63,720 bases of DNA from Octopus bimaculoides (taxonomy: Eukaryota), in NCBI RefSeq assembly GCF_001194135.2, contig NC_068981.1, positions 8,108,406 to 8,172,125 on the forward strand. Direction: 5' to 3'. Made by a program: the position numbers and the translations under genes. Below are positions 1-12,160 of the stretch, piece after piece. How positions within the stretch are numbered: position 1 is the stretch's first letter; each line of letters starts with the position of its first letter. A model generated the notes under the pieces. That model was not told where the DNA came from. It saw only the letters and a list, made by a program, of their open reading frames with translations, and made no database searches.

Positions 1-812
1 ACACACACACACACACAAACGCGCGCATTTCATATACATATGCATGCCTGAAATATGTCAGCTCTTCAGCACATTTCTGTGTGCATGTAAATATGTGTAA
101 TACATAGAAAGCGAAAGACAGCGCAGTGTGTGATATGTGTGTGTGTGGGGGGGGGGGCTTTTAAATGTGTGGATACATGTGCATATGTGCGCATGCGCAA
201 GTGTATTAGTGCGTATTTGTGCAAATCCTTCTGAACGATTGTCTCCATTATGTAAGAGAATATATTCCGGTGTAATTTTGGTTTATTACCATTATATTCC
301 CTCCGAGACCTCAACACCACAATGAAAACTGTGCTGTGAACAACGATAAAAGATGGATGAATATAAATTAACACGACTTGTTCAAGTAAAACCTTAAATA
401 CTTAGTGGATGTGCCAGATAATATGTATACTAGTATGTGCATATACATACATACATACATACATACATACACACACACATACATATACATATATATATAT
501 ATACATACACATACATATACACACAGAGATATACATATAAATATACATATGTATGTGTGTGTGTGCGTGTGTGTGCGTGTGTGTGCGTGTGTGTGCTTCT
601 GTACTCCCGTATTCTTCACGCTGTTGTCTATTGTTTAATTCTTTGCATGGTTGTAACGATTATCTTCAGGCAATGCCAGTTGGAGGCAGATTGTAAGATT
701 ATTTAAATATTCAGTTATTTGGTACATTCATTACATTCTGTGTCTCATGATGTAGTGCTAAGTGGAGTTTCATGTCAAACTTTGCGTCACATTAAATCTA
801 CTTCATCTATTG

Positions 813-839
813 ACTACAACTGTGCCGCACAGTTGTAGT
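813..839. repeat. Perfect 27-bp palindrome (13-bp arms, 1-nt spacer)
   Basis: actacaactgtgc-c-gcacagttgtagt; arms are exact reverse complements. Confidence 0.9.
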
Positions 840-1693
840 ATGATGTGCAATTTCATTGGCGCACATTGTGCCTCGTCAACTCTACTTCGTGTATTGACTT
901 CTTAATTCATTTAATATATATATATATATATATATATANNNNNNNNNNNNNNNNNNNNNNNNNNNNNNNNNNNNNNNNNNNNNNNNNNNNNNNNNNNNNN
1001 NNNNNNNNNNNNNNNNNNNNNNNNNNNNNNNNNNNNNNNNNNNNNNNNNNNNNNNNNNNNNNNNNNNNNNNNNNNNNNNNNNNNNNNNNNNNNNNNNNNN
1101 NNNNNNNNNNNNNNNNNNNNNNNNNNNNNNNNNNNNNNNNNNNNNNNNNNNNNNNNNNNNNNNNNNNNNNNNNNNNNNNNNNNNNNNNNNNNNNNNNNNN
1201 NNNNNNNNNNNNNNNNNNNNNNNNNNNNNNNNNNNNNNNNNNNNNNNNNNNNNNNNNNNNNNNNNNNNNNNNNNNNNNNNNNNNNNNNNNNNNNNNNNNN
1301 NNNNNNNNNNNNNNNNNNNNNNNNNNNNNNNNNNNNNNNNNNNNNNNNNNNNNNNNNNNNNNNNNNNNNNNNNNNNNNNNNNNNNNNNNNNNNNNNNNNN
1401 NNNNNNNNNNNNNNNNNNNNNNNNNNNNNNNNNNNNNNNNNNNNNNNNNNNNNNNNNNNNNNNNNNNNNNNNNNNNNNNNNNNNNNNNNNNNNNNNNNNN
1501 NNNNNNNNNNNNNNNNNNNNNNNNNNNNNNNNNNNNNNNNNNNNNNNNNNNNNNNNNNNNNNNNNNNNNNNNNNNNNNNNNNNNNNNNNNNNNNNNNNNN
1601 NNNNNNNNNNNNNNNNNNNNNNNNNNNNNNACACACACACACACACTCAAACACACACACACACACACTCAAACACACACACACACACACACT

Positions 1694-1741
<48 letters not shown>

Positions 1742-2402
1742 CATATATGTTTAAATTTCACTCTGTATGTGTGTGTTTGCGTGTATGTATATGTGTGTGT
1801 ATTTGTGCATGTGTGGGGGGGTTGTAGCGAACTAGTACAGAGGTTGATACAAGATGTGATGGTAGGGTCGGGAGAGACTACATGGCTTCACATTGTAATG
1901 CATGTGTTTGAGGACATACATAATCACATGTGGTAAAAAATTATTTTCTCCTTTGAATACAATAAGGCACGTGGTGATTCATTTTGTGTTGTGTGAACTC
2001 CATGGAACATGTGTTGATAACTGTGTGAACATGTGGTAACTGGAGAATAAAATCGCGTACATTGTGACACATGGTGAATCGGATAAGATTGCACACAAAC
2101 CGACACTTGTAATGGTTTGTGGGACACAATGGTACATGTGGGTATGCATGTGGGATACAGTAACTCACTCGGTAATACATTTATTTGCCGCATATGGAAT
2201 AGAGTGATGCGTATTTTTGTACACGTCATGGTGATTCATGCCAATTGTTGTTACACATGTTTTGGCGTGTGGCATAAAATGGCACTTATACTGTTACATG
2301 TTGTCTGGTGTTAAATGATGGTAAATAAACTTGGGGATGCAATTTACAAAGAAAAGCAAACACTTTGATGTGAGGTAGTTTCAGCAGCGAATAACTATTC
2401 TT

Positions 2403-2630
2403 AATTCTTTACTGACCACAAGGAACTACACACAGAGGGGACAAACAAGGACAGAGAAACGGATTATGTCGATTATATCGACCCTAATGCGTAACTGGTA
2501 CTTATTTAATCGACCCCGAAAGGTTGAAAGTCGACCTCGGCGGAATTTGAACTCAGAACGTAGCGGCAGACGAAATACCGCTAAGCATTTCGCCCGGTGT
2601 GCTAACGTTTCTGCCAGCTCGCCGCCTTAA
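2403..2630 (-). mobile_element. tRNA-derived SINE, family A, full length with 18-bp TSD
   Basis: Minus strand begins aaggcggcgagctggcagaaacgtt (A-box-like) and contains gttcaaattcc (B-box-like); cagcgaataactattctt is repeated at 2385-2402 and 2631-2648. Confidence 0.9.
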
Positions 2631-2631
2631 C

Positions 2632-2800
2632 AGCGAATAACTATTCTTTGATACCAACTCCTCCAGTCGTAGAACCTGCCAGAAACCGATGCAAAAACTC
2701 AATAATCCACCAGTCGTAGAACCTAGCGAATAACTATTTGTTGAGATCAAATCCACCAGTCGTAGAAGCTACCAGAAACGATGCAAAAACTCAATAATCT
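2632..2800. repeat. Minisatellite with ~46-47 bp period and 93-bp higher-order unit
   Basis: ccagtcgtagaa at 2663, 2710 and 2756; agcgaataactatt at 2632 and 2725; gatgcaaaaactcaataatc occurs twice. Confidence 0.85.
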
Positions 2801-2984
2801 TGTTTTAACCCATTCTATTGAGGAAACATAAAAACACCATTATTAACAGCATCGCGTAAAAGATATTCGGTGCTAACGAATTCACGGACAATAAGATGAA
2901 CAACAAACTGGACAATTTGAGAAAGTTGGACAACGAAACGTTTTATAAGTGTGTATTATATTCGTGCTGTTTCTTACGTTTCTT

Positions 2985-3110
2985 TATATTCTGAGTTCAA
3001 ATCCAGCCTGTGTCAACTTTGTTTCTTATATTTTCGGGATGATAAAATAAGTACCAGTTGAGTTCGGGGGATCGGTATAATCGATTAGCCCCTCCACAAA
3101 TATCTCAGGT
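2985..3110 (+). mobile_element. Degraded SINE family A fragment
   Basis: ttctgagttcaaatcc...gataaaataagtaccagttgag...aatcgattagccc matches the family A body. Confidence 0.6.
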
Positions 3111-4665
3111 CCTCTATCTATAGTAGAAAGGCGCAGTAGTAGCAGAAGTGGTGGTGGTGATGGTGGTGGTCATGGTGATGGTGGTGTTGGTGGTGGTGGT
3201 GGTGATGGTGGTGGTGGTGGTGGTGGTGATTGTAGTAGTTGTTGTTGTTTGTGCTCTGTCACTTCATATTTTTATTCTTTATTTCAAATTCCTTTACATA
3301 TTTAAAATTCTTTCAAAGTATCAAAACTTGTTTGTCCAACGTCCAGAAAAAGTTGTTTTTTTTTAATTTTTTATCAATGCATACAAAAATCGGTTCCTAT
3401 TTCCGTGCTTATTAAGTAATTCAGGAATTCCATTGCCCATTTTCTCTGCTAAACCATTCCAGACAAAACACACCCTGTACTTTATCTACTAAATATCTGT
3501 ACAACTAAATTCCATAAACACACTGCAGTATTTTCACTCGTTGATCTTGAGAGGAAATGAAGGGAAAAAAGATTGTTGAACATTTTCATCAATAAAATGG
3601 CCAACACGAAATAAATTTAACTCACTGCATAATTCATAATCCACTTTCCTCATCATTTTACATATTCTTTGTTTTGCATTTTTATTTTCTCACATTTTAA
3701 ATATTATTTTCTAAAGGTGTTATAACTTTTCAATGAAGAAATTTGTCTGAAGAAGTTGATGAAGAATTAGATTCTTTTCACAACATAAAATATTATTTAA
3801 TTGTGAGAAATACTCGGCTTATTTTACATGAGCTGACTCTCACCAAAACATCCTCATGTTACGTAATTAGCTTCTATTGTCTTAAATGTTCATCATATGA
3901 TTTTATCTAATTAAATTAAGTGGAGAAGCGCAAACACACAGCAGCCTGTACAACGTAACGCAATCTTTTAACACCATGTCAGCGTCATGAAAGGATGCAA
4001 TACAAGAAAAGACATTTTTAAAGATTTTCAATAAAAAGAATTTTAGTGGAAAAATAGAAAAACCAAACCAAACAAACAAAAAAACCTTAGTGTCACTTTC
4101 GAATGGTTTTATCGAGATCTGAAGAAGAAAACAAAATATGGTTGCTGCCTTTCTTTGGATTGTTTTTCTGCGAGTTTTCTGACTCATCCTTTATGTTATT
4201 AACCGATCAATAAAGACTAACATTCATCGTGGCTTGTCAACATTAATTGTCCTTATTAACGTTTAGTGCTTCTTGGCTGTTGTTGCTTTCATTAGACGAA
4301 CTTTCCATTTTAATTAGTTGCACTTTTACACAATTAATTACCAAATTAATTTCATATGAAACTAGAAAAAAAAAGAAAGCAAACAACAACGAATGCCTTG
4401 AAGCAGTTGTCTTTATTCAATATTCCAAATGGCCAATTTTGGTCATTTAAAAAAGAAATTCCTCGATGGTTGTGTTTTTAAAGGATTGTTTTCTCCCTTT
4501 GGGTTTATATTATCGCGGACCCTTCGAGTGGAAAAAACGAAAGGGAGCGATAGAAATATAACGGAAGAGAAAAACAAAGTGAAACGAGTATAATAGGAAA
4601 TAAATCAAATCAGTTTGTAATCAATTTAGATTGTCTTAAAAACTGAGAAAATAAATATTCCGTAT

Positions 4666-5036
4666 AGGGTGTGTGTGTGTGTGAGTATGTGTGTGTGTGA
4701 TTATGTGTGTGTTTGTGTGTGTGTGTGTGTGCCTGTTAGTGTGTGTATGTCTGTGTGTGCCTGTTAGTGTGTGTATGTCTGTGTGTGTGTTTATGTGTGT
4801 GTAAGTATGTCTCTGTGTGTTTGTGTGTGTGTGAGTATGTCTCTGTGTGTTTGTGTGTGTGTGAGTATGTGTGTATATGTGTGTATGTCTGTGTGAGTGT
4901 GTGTGAGTATGTGTACGCGTGTGTGTGTTTGTGTGCATCTGAGTGAGTATGTGTGTGCGTGTGTGTGTGTGCGCGTGTGTGTGTGCATGTGTGTGTGCGT
5001 GTGTGTGTATGTGTGTGTGTGTGTGTGTGTGTGTAT

Positions 5037-5069
<33 letters not shown>

Positions 5070-5075
5070 TGTGTG
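4666..5075. repeat. Compound (TG)n microsatellite
   Basis: Direct reading. Confidence 0.95.
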
Positions 5076-5492
5076 GTGAGGTATTGATAAATGTTTTGAC
5101 ACTGCGTGATCGGTGACTGATCAAGTTGACTTTCTGATAAACTATGCTAGGAAGAGCGGGAAGAACGGCTCTGTTCGAGTTTCGGTTGGGAGAAATACCC
5201 ATCTGTGGCATTGGCTGTATTATCTCATGCTCTCAGTGACCAAGAGTTTCTCACTTTCATTATGTCCGCCTCATTCAGTCATAACACAAAATGGTTTTGC
5301 GAATACATCAGATACTCCTGATGCTCCATTTTAGAGTTTACATTCTTTACCTACAGATGGACATTTCTCTGTTATTTTCATTCATCTCTTGCAATTACGA
5401 AACGTCAAATGTCAAAGGACAGCCATGAATGGAAACAAGTTCCTTGGAAAAATATTCCTTAAATGATGTCGAAGAACACACAGGTGCGCGCG

Positions 5493-5531
<39 letters not shown>

Positions 5532-5973
5532 ACAAACACACAAGGAAGTTATTTATTGCAGCAGAACATCAGGTGAAGATTCTCTGCCTATCAAGAAGTC
5601 CATGCGTTTGGCCCAACCAAATGAAGAAAAACTCTGTCCCACTGCACAAACAAACCAAGTCTCACCAGTAACGCATTTCGAATCATTGGTTTGTGTTGCT
5701 ATTGTTTGTGTTGTTGTTATTTAACCTTAGGCCTGCCTTGATTGACATGGCTTCGCATCAAAAGCCTCCTGTGACCATCCAGTTCTTTTGTTTGCTTTTA
5801 TTGTGACTTAATCAAATATGCCCTGCATCTTTTAAGGCAATACAGAATAACTTGACACTGATTTGACGCTGTTGTTATTTGGTGATCCACCGTGTTGTAT
5901 ATTCTTTATTGGTTCATGATGTGATTTTGTGGTCTATAATTTGATGTTGGATTTAGAAACAAATCACTCATTG

Positions 5974-6539
5974 AAAGTAGAAATACATTTCTAAACCTCT
6001 GAGAGAGATTTATGCAATAGCAGCACCATAAAGTGATGGTATGTTGTCAACTTAATGTAACAGTCTCATGAAAGGGAAGAATGCTACTGTTATTTAGCCC
6101 AAGAAAACATCGTTTCCTGTTGGACTTGACACATTTCCTGTGTCCTTATGTTTTCAAAGTAGAAACAAGCACCTCCACCCAGTAAAGCCAGCATCCAGAG
6201 ACTAGTTTCAGAGTTATTGCTCATCGTCAGTCTGGAGTAGTATGGCTTGCTAGTTGTCGATGCCTATCTGCTTTTGAAAACATATATGCTTCAAGTGAAA
6301 TACATTCACTGATTTTTGAAAATAGAAATAATACATTTCTAAATCTCTCAGAGAGATTTATGCAGTAGCAGCACAATAAAGTGATAGTATGTTGTCAACT
6401 TAATATGACAGTCCCATGAAAACATAAGGACACAGGAAATGTGTCAAGTCCAACCAGAAACGGTGTTTTCTAGGGCTAAATAACAGTAGCATTCTTCCTT
6501 TTCATGGGACTATCACATTAAGTTGACAACATACTATCA
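5974..6539 (-). mobile_element. Non-coding PLE-like/retrozyme-like retroposon: ~348-nt monomer plus partial direct repeat plus inverted 5' segment, 14-bp TSD
   Basis: caaatcactcattg at 5960-5973 and 6538-6551; direct repeat 5983-6073 vs 6331-6421; 6417-6539 is the reverse complement of 6034-6156; internal hammerhead. Confidence 0.8.
6194..6236 (-). ncRNA. Minimal type I hammerhead ribozyme
   Basis: Minus strand TCCAGA-CTGACGA-T-GAG-CAATAA-CTC-T-GAAA-CTAG-TC-TCTGGA: 6-bp stem I, intact core, palindromic stem III (ACTAGT), GUC cleavage triplet. Confidence 0.8.
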
Positions 6540-6780
6540 AATCACTCATTGTTGCATTATAACCGGCATCTTTTTCATACTCCCTTCGTTGATTTTTTGA
6601 TAAAAGTATGGAGATGGAGCGTTCGTCAATATGAGAGGATAAAACGACGTCAGTTTATGGAATTCTGAATACAAAACACAGTGAAGTCGTTGTATTCATG
6701 AAGATGCGACAGACTTTTAATAACTGATAAAGAAATCTTACTTTAAACGCTTGATATACATATTTATATGAATACATAAC

Positions 6781-7080
6781 TGGTGCTCCGTCGGATGCGA
6801 CAACGAATGTTCCAGTTGATCCGATCAACGGAAAAGCCTACTCGTGAAATTAACGTGAAAATGGTTGAGTAACCCACACACACACGTACCTTTAACGTAG
6901 TTCTCAGGTAGATTCAGCATGACACAAAATAGGACAAGGCTGGCCCTTTTGATTTATATTTTTGCCAGCTCAGTGGACTGGGGCAATGTGAAGTAAAGAG
7001 TTTTACTGAAGAACACAACGCACCGCCGGGAATCGAACTGTCAGTATTATCGTGAGCCGAATATCCAAACCACTAAGCCA
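6781..7080 (-). mobile_element. tRNA-derived SINE, family B
   Basis: Minus strand ggcttagtggtttggatattcggctcac...gttcgattcccgg; body matches 34595-34922. Confidence 0.85.
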
Positions 7081-7084
7081 CACA

Positions 7085-7195
7085 CCTTCACTTACAAGGC
7101 TTTGGTCGGCCCGAGGTAGCTGCTTTATGTGCCACGTACTGGGACTGAACCTGGAACCATATGGCTGGGAACCAAACTTCTTGCCACATAACCAT
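7085..7195 (-). mobile_element. SINE family D, 5' fragment
   Basis: aaggctttggtcggcccgagg...gactgaacctggaaccatatgg matches the head at 51080-51257. Confidence 0.75.
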
Positions 7196-8660
7196 ACATA
7201 TATATATATATATATATATANNNNNNNNNNNNNNNNNNNNNNNNNNNNNNNNNNNNNNNNNNNNNNNNNNNNNNNNNNNNNNNNNNNNNNNNNNNNNNNN
7301 NNNNNNNNNNNNNNNNNNNNNNNNNNNNNNNNNNNNNNNNNNNNNNNNNNNNNNNNNNNNNNNNNNNNNNNNNNNNNNNNNNNNNNNNNNNNNNNNNNNN
7401 NNNNNNNNNNNNNNNNNNNNNNNNNNNNNNNNNNNNNNNNNNNNNNNNNNNNNNNNNNNNNNNNNNNNNNNNNNNNNNNNNNNNNNNNNNNNNNNNNNNN
7501 NNNNNNNNNNNNNNNNNNNNNNNNNNNNNNNNNNNNNNNNNNNNNNNNNNNNNNNNNNNNNNNNNNNNNNNNNNNNNNNNNNNNNNNNNNNNNNNNNNNN
7601 NNNNNNNNNNNNNNNNNNNNNNNNNNNNNNNNNNNNNNNNNNNNNNNNNNNNNNNNNNNNNNNNNNNNNNNNNNNNNNNNNNNNNNNNNNNNNNNNNNNN
7701 NNNNNNNNNNNNNNNNNNNNNNNNNNNNNNNNNNNNNNNNNNNNNNNNNNNNNNNNNNNNNNNNNNNNNNNNNNNNNNNNNNNNNNNNNNNNNNNNNNNN
7801 NNNNNNNNNNNNNNNNNNNNNATATATATATATATACAAGTATGTATTTGAACAAAGAGTTTATTAAATTAAAAATGATTAATTATAAAAAATAAATCTT
7901 TAAAAAAAACACATTAACACGAAATTTTGGGAAGTAACTTCCTCCTGAAATGTTCGTGTCATTGTATTAAGATTTTTTGATATAATTAATAATTTTCTAG
8001 TTTAAGAAAATCTTTCTTCAAATATTGACAGTATCAAGAAATTTTTTTACAAAAAATATACATATATACAGACACGCGCGTGTGTGTATGTGTGTATGTT
8101 GTGTGTTGATATAATGCTAATATATATTTCGTTTGAGACGTTTCCTCTCATTTTGAGTCTGTTCCTCAAGACGAGACTCACATGTCGTTCCTCAGAGTCT
8201 GTCTTCGTGGCAGACTCTTTCATTCTCTACAACAGGGCTTCTCTACCATTTTCTGTCTGTAGACCCCTTCGATTCTTATTTCATTCTAGTGCACCCTCAT
8301 AGCCATTCCTATGATATTTTCATTATCAAACATCATGAGGAATTATATTAAAACAATGTTAAAATATTTTGTGCTGAAGTATAACCAATTTATTACTACA
8401 CATAATTTTTAATAACAAAAGTTTTATGCGAACAGCCAAGGGTTAAATAGACCTCTGTTCAGAAGTACTGGTTTGCAAGGAGAGATAAACTCGAGAAAGG
8501 AAGACGATGTTCCAGTATGGCCATAGTTTTGGTAACTAAAATACATGAACGAAGTGAACTCTGATATCACTCCAGTCACCAGGTCAGAATAAAGTTAATT
8601 AATTAGATGTAACTTCTTACAAAAGGGGAGATGCAGAAGTCGAATGAATGCTAGACATAT

Positions 8661-9068
8661 TCTTTTCTTCTCTAGGCACAAGGCCCGAAAGTTGTTGTTT
8701 TTTTATGGGGGGGGGGCTAGTCGATTAGATCGACCCCAGTACGCAACTGGTACTTAATTTATCGAACCCGAAAGGCTGAAAGCAAAGGTGACCTCCGCAG
8801 AATTTGAAATCAGAGCATAAAGACTGACGAAATACCTATTTCTTTACTGCCCACAAGGGGCTACACACAGAGGGGACAAACAAGGACAGACAAACGGATT
8901 AAGTCGATTATATCGATCCCAGTGCGTAACTGGTACTTAATTTATCGACCCCGAAAGGATGAAAGGCAAAGTCGACCTCGGCGGAATTTGAACTCAGAAC
9001 GCAGTGGCAGACGAAATACCGCTAAGCATTTCGCCCGGTGTGCTAACGTTTCTGCCAGCTCGCCGCCT
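8661..9068 (-). mobile_element. Dimeric SINE family A (full monomer 8837-9068 plus 5'-truncated monomer 8661-8836 with a different tail) inside one 15-bp TSD
   Basis: gaatgctagacatat at 8646-8660 and 9069-9083; gacgaaatacc at 8826-8836 and 9010-9020. Confidence 0.88.
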
Positions 9069-9699
9069 GAATGCTAGACATATCAAAAACAGGATAAAGA
9101 TCATCAGAATTACAAGACATTTACGAAGAATCTGGGATTAACGTAATCTTCCCCACAGACTATGATTNNNNNNNNNNNNNNNNNNNNNNNNNNNNNNNNN
9201 NNNNNNNNNNNNNNNNNNNNNNNNNNNNNNNNNNNNNNNNNNNNNNNNNNNNNNNNNNNNNNNNNNNNNNNNNNNNNNNNNNNNNNNNNNNNNNNNNNNN
9301 NNNNNNNNNNNNNNNNNNNNNNNNNNNNNNNNNNNNNNNNNNNNNNNNNNNNNNNNNNNNNNNNNNNNNNNNNNNNNNNNNNNNNNNNNNNNNNNNNNNN
9401 NNNNNNNNNNNNNNNNNNNNNNNNNNNNNNNNNNNNNNNNNNNNNNNNNNNNNNNNNNNNNNNNNNNNNNNNNNNNNNNNNNNNNNNNNNNNNNNNNNNN
9501 NNNNNNNNNNNNNNNNNNNNNNNNNNNNNNNNNNNNNNNNNNNNNNNNNNNNNNNNNNNNNNNNNNNNNNNNNNNNNNNNNNNNNNNNNNNNNNNNNNNN
9601 NNNNNNNNNNNNNNNNNNNNNNNNNNNNNNNNNNNNNNNNNNNNNNNNNNNNNNNNNNNNNGTGTGTCTGTGTGTGTGTATGTGTCTGTGTCTGTGTCT

Positions 9700-9905
9700 G
9701 TGTCTCCCTATCGCTTGACGATCAGTGTTCATTTATTTATCTTCACGTAGCTAAACAGTTCGACAAAAGAAACCGATAGAACAAGTGCCAGATTTCAACT
9801 GAAAGATAAGTACTAAGCTCACATTGTTCGATTAAAGCTCTACACGGCGGTGCCACAGCATGGCCGCAGCCCAGTGACTGAAAGAGACAAAACGATAAAA
9901 GAAGA
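9700..9905 (+). mobile_element. SINE family D, 3' half, diverged
   Basis: atcgcttgac...ccgatagaacaagt...ggcggtgccacagcatggccgcag...tgactgaaa. Confidence 0.75.
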
Positions 9906-10029
9906 CATTATCCTGGCAAGAACACTATTTGTGATGTCCAGAAATGTTTCCAACTCCAGTCCCCACCAGAGGCGACAGCATGGTGGTCATAAAAATCGGA
10001 AGATGCTGAGAAGGGGAAAAAAGCATACA

Positions 10030-10640
10030 AAAATGACGATTTTCGTCATTTTGGGGCAAAATACTCTTGCAACCTAAGAGAAAATTTTAAGTGAACATGC
10101 ACTTAATTTGACATCAGTGTTCCATGGGTATAGTTCCATTGATCGTGAGAATTAAATATCGATTGCAACGGTTAGAACCGGCAATTTTAATTGCAGGTGT
10201 TAAGAAAATACATATTACATGTTTTAGCCCCACAACAATTTAGGCCAAATTTCGTTAATCAGTTAATCAAAATCATGTTACGCTTTGCTTGAGTGGCCTA
10301 GGTAAAAGTTTATTTGTCTCAACCCACGCTTAGCTCATATTCCATCTGTGTATAAAATTTCAAGAAAATCGGTTGAAAACCTCAAAAGTTATAGCAGAAA
10401 AAACATTCATATGAGAATTTGCATTGAAATGTCCAACTGATTTTTGGAAAATCGATGCTGATTAAAAATTATCGATTTTTTTAAATGTAACCTAAGTAAC
10501 GGCATGGGCATAAGCCCCACACACGTGTCAAGTTTCATCAAGATCGGTTGGATAGTCTCGGAGGAGTTAAAGTAACAAATTCACAAGCACATACACACAC
10601 ATCCACAAACAGACAGAAATTGCCATTTATGTATATAGAT
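10030..10640 (+). mobile_element. Helitron/Helentron-like (DINE-1/Lep1-type) non-autonomous element; 3' end recognisable, left boundary uncertain
   Basis: aagtttcatcaagatcggttggatagtctcggaggagtt, then (CA)/(GACA) repeats, then aattgccatttatgtatatagat; perfect 10-bp hairpin at 10030-10052. Confidence 0.5.
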
Positions 10641-10810
10641 ATACGACGGGCTTCTTTCAGTTTCCGTCTACCAACCCACTCACAAGTGTCTTCTACTATA
10701 GTCCGAGGCTATAGTAGAAGACACTTGCCCAAGGTGCCACGCAGTGGCACTGAACCCGGAACCATGTGGTTGGTAAGCAAGTTACTTACCACACAGCCAC
10801 TCCTGCACCT
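10641..10810 (-). mobile_element. SINE family D, 5' half, with internal 19-bp inverted duplication
   Basis: Close match to 51080-51257 except at 10683-10727. Confidence 0.9.
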
Positions 10811-11383
10811 ACATATATGTTGCCATACACATTCGCTACCTTTCTTACAAAAAATCTAATGCTCTTAGTTTAGACTTTTTGCGGGGCAACCAGATCGAAC
10901 TGTCTCAAGTGAAACTGTCCGAAACTGTAAGGACTTCTGGTAACTTGACTGAGGAAAGAAGGCCACGAACGCCCCGTCATTTTTTGCCTGTCCTTCTAAA
11001 TGTTGTTTCTCCTGTCTACTTTTGTATCGTCTAACTGTCCGAATGTTATAATGTCCTCCATTGCGATTTTGTTCCATTTTATACATATANNNNNNNNNNN
11101 NNNNNNNNNNNNNNNNNNNNNNNNNNNNNNNNNNNNNNNNNNNNNNNNNNNNNNNNNNNNNNNNNNNNNNNNNNNNNNNNNNNNNNNNNNNNNNNNNNNN
11201 NNNNNNNNNNNNNNNNNNNNNNNNNNNNNNNNNNNNNNNNNNNNNNNNNNNNNNNNNNNNNNNNNNNNNNNNNNNNNNNNNNNNNNNNNNNNNNNNNNNN
11301 NNNNNNNNNNNNNNNNNNNNNNNNNNNNNNNNNNNNNNNNNNNNNNNNNNNNNNNNNNNNNNNNNNNNNNNNNNNNNNNNNNA

Positions 11384-11425
<42 letters not shown>

Positions 11426-11809
11426 CATGTATATATATATATAATATATATACATATATCGTTAGATAGGTAGATTGATATATAAATAACTATATGATAG
11501 GTATACAATGCATTCATAGACCGTAATATTTACATACACATATACCGGCACATATACTCTGGCATGCTCATACATATACACACACATAGATACATACCCG
11601 CATATATATACATACATACATACACACACACATACATACATACACACACACATACATACATACACACACACATGGCCTAATAAAAATAGGAAATTGCAAT
11701 TTGTTCGTTGCCAGTCAGCCTCAGCAGTATCACTAAATCTGAAGAAGCTTTCCTTTGGCTGCCGGCAACAAAAACTCATTAAACACTTCGTTCTATTTCA
11801 TTAAAAGAT

Positions 11810-11910
11810 ATTATTATCATCATCACCATCACCATCATCATCAACGTCACCATCATCATCATTGTTATCATTCTCATCGTCTTGTTGCAATTATTACTAC
11901 GATTACTACG

Positions 11911-11969
<59 letters not shown>

Positions 11970-12111
11970 CATCATTATTATTATTATTATCATTATTATC
12001 ATTATTATTATTATTATTATTATTACTACAACTACTACTACAACCGTTGTAATAGTAGTAACAGTCGTAGCCGTACTAGAAGCGGTAATGAGGTGATACT
12101 AGTGGCCGGGA

Positions 12112-12154
<43 letters not shown>

Positions 12155-12160
12155 TATTGT
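11810..12160. repeat. Compound trinucleotide microsatellite (CAT/ATT/CTA/TAG)
   Basis: Direct reading; source of the poly-H, I, Y and V ORFs. Confidence 0.95.
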
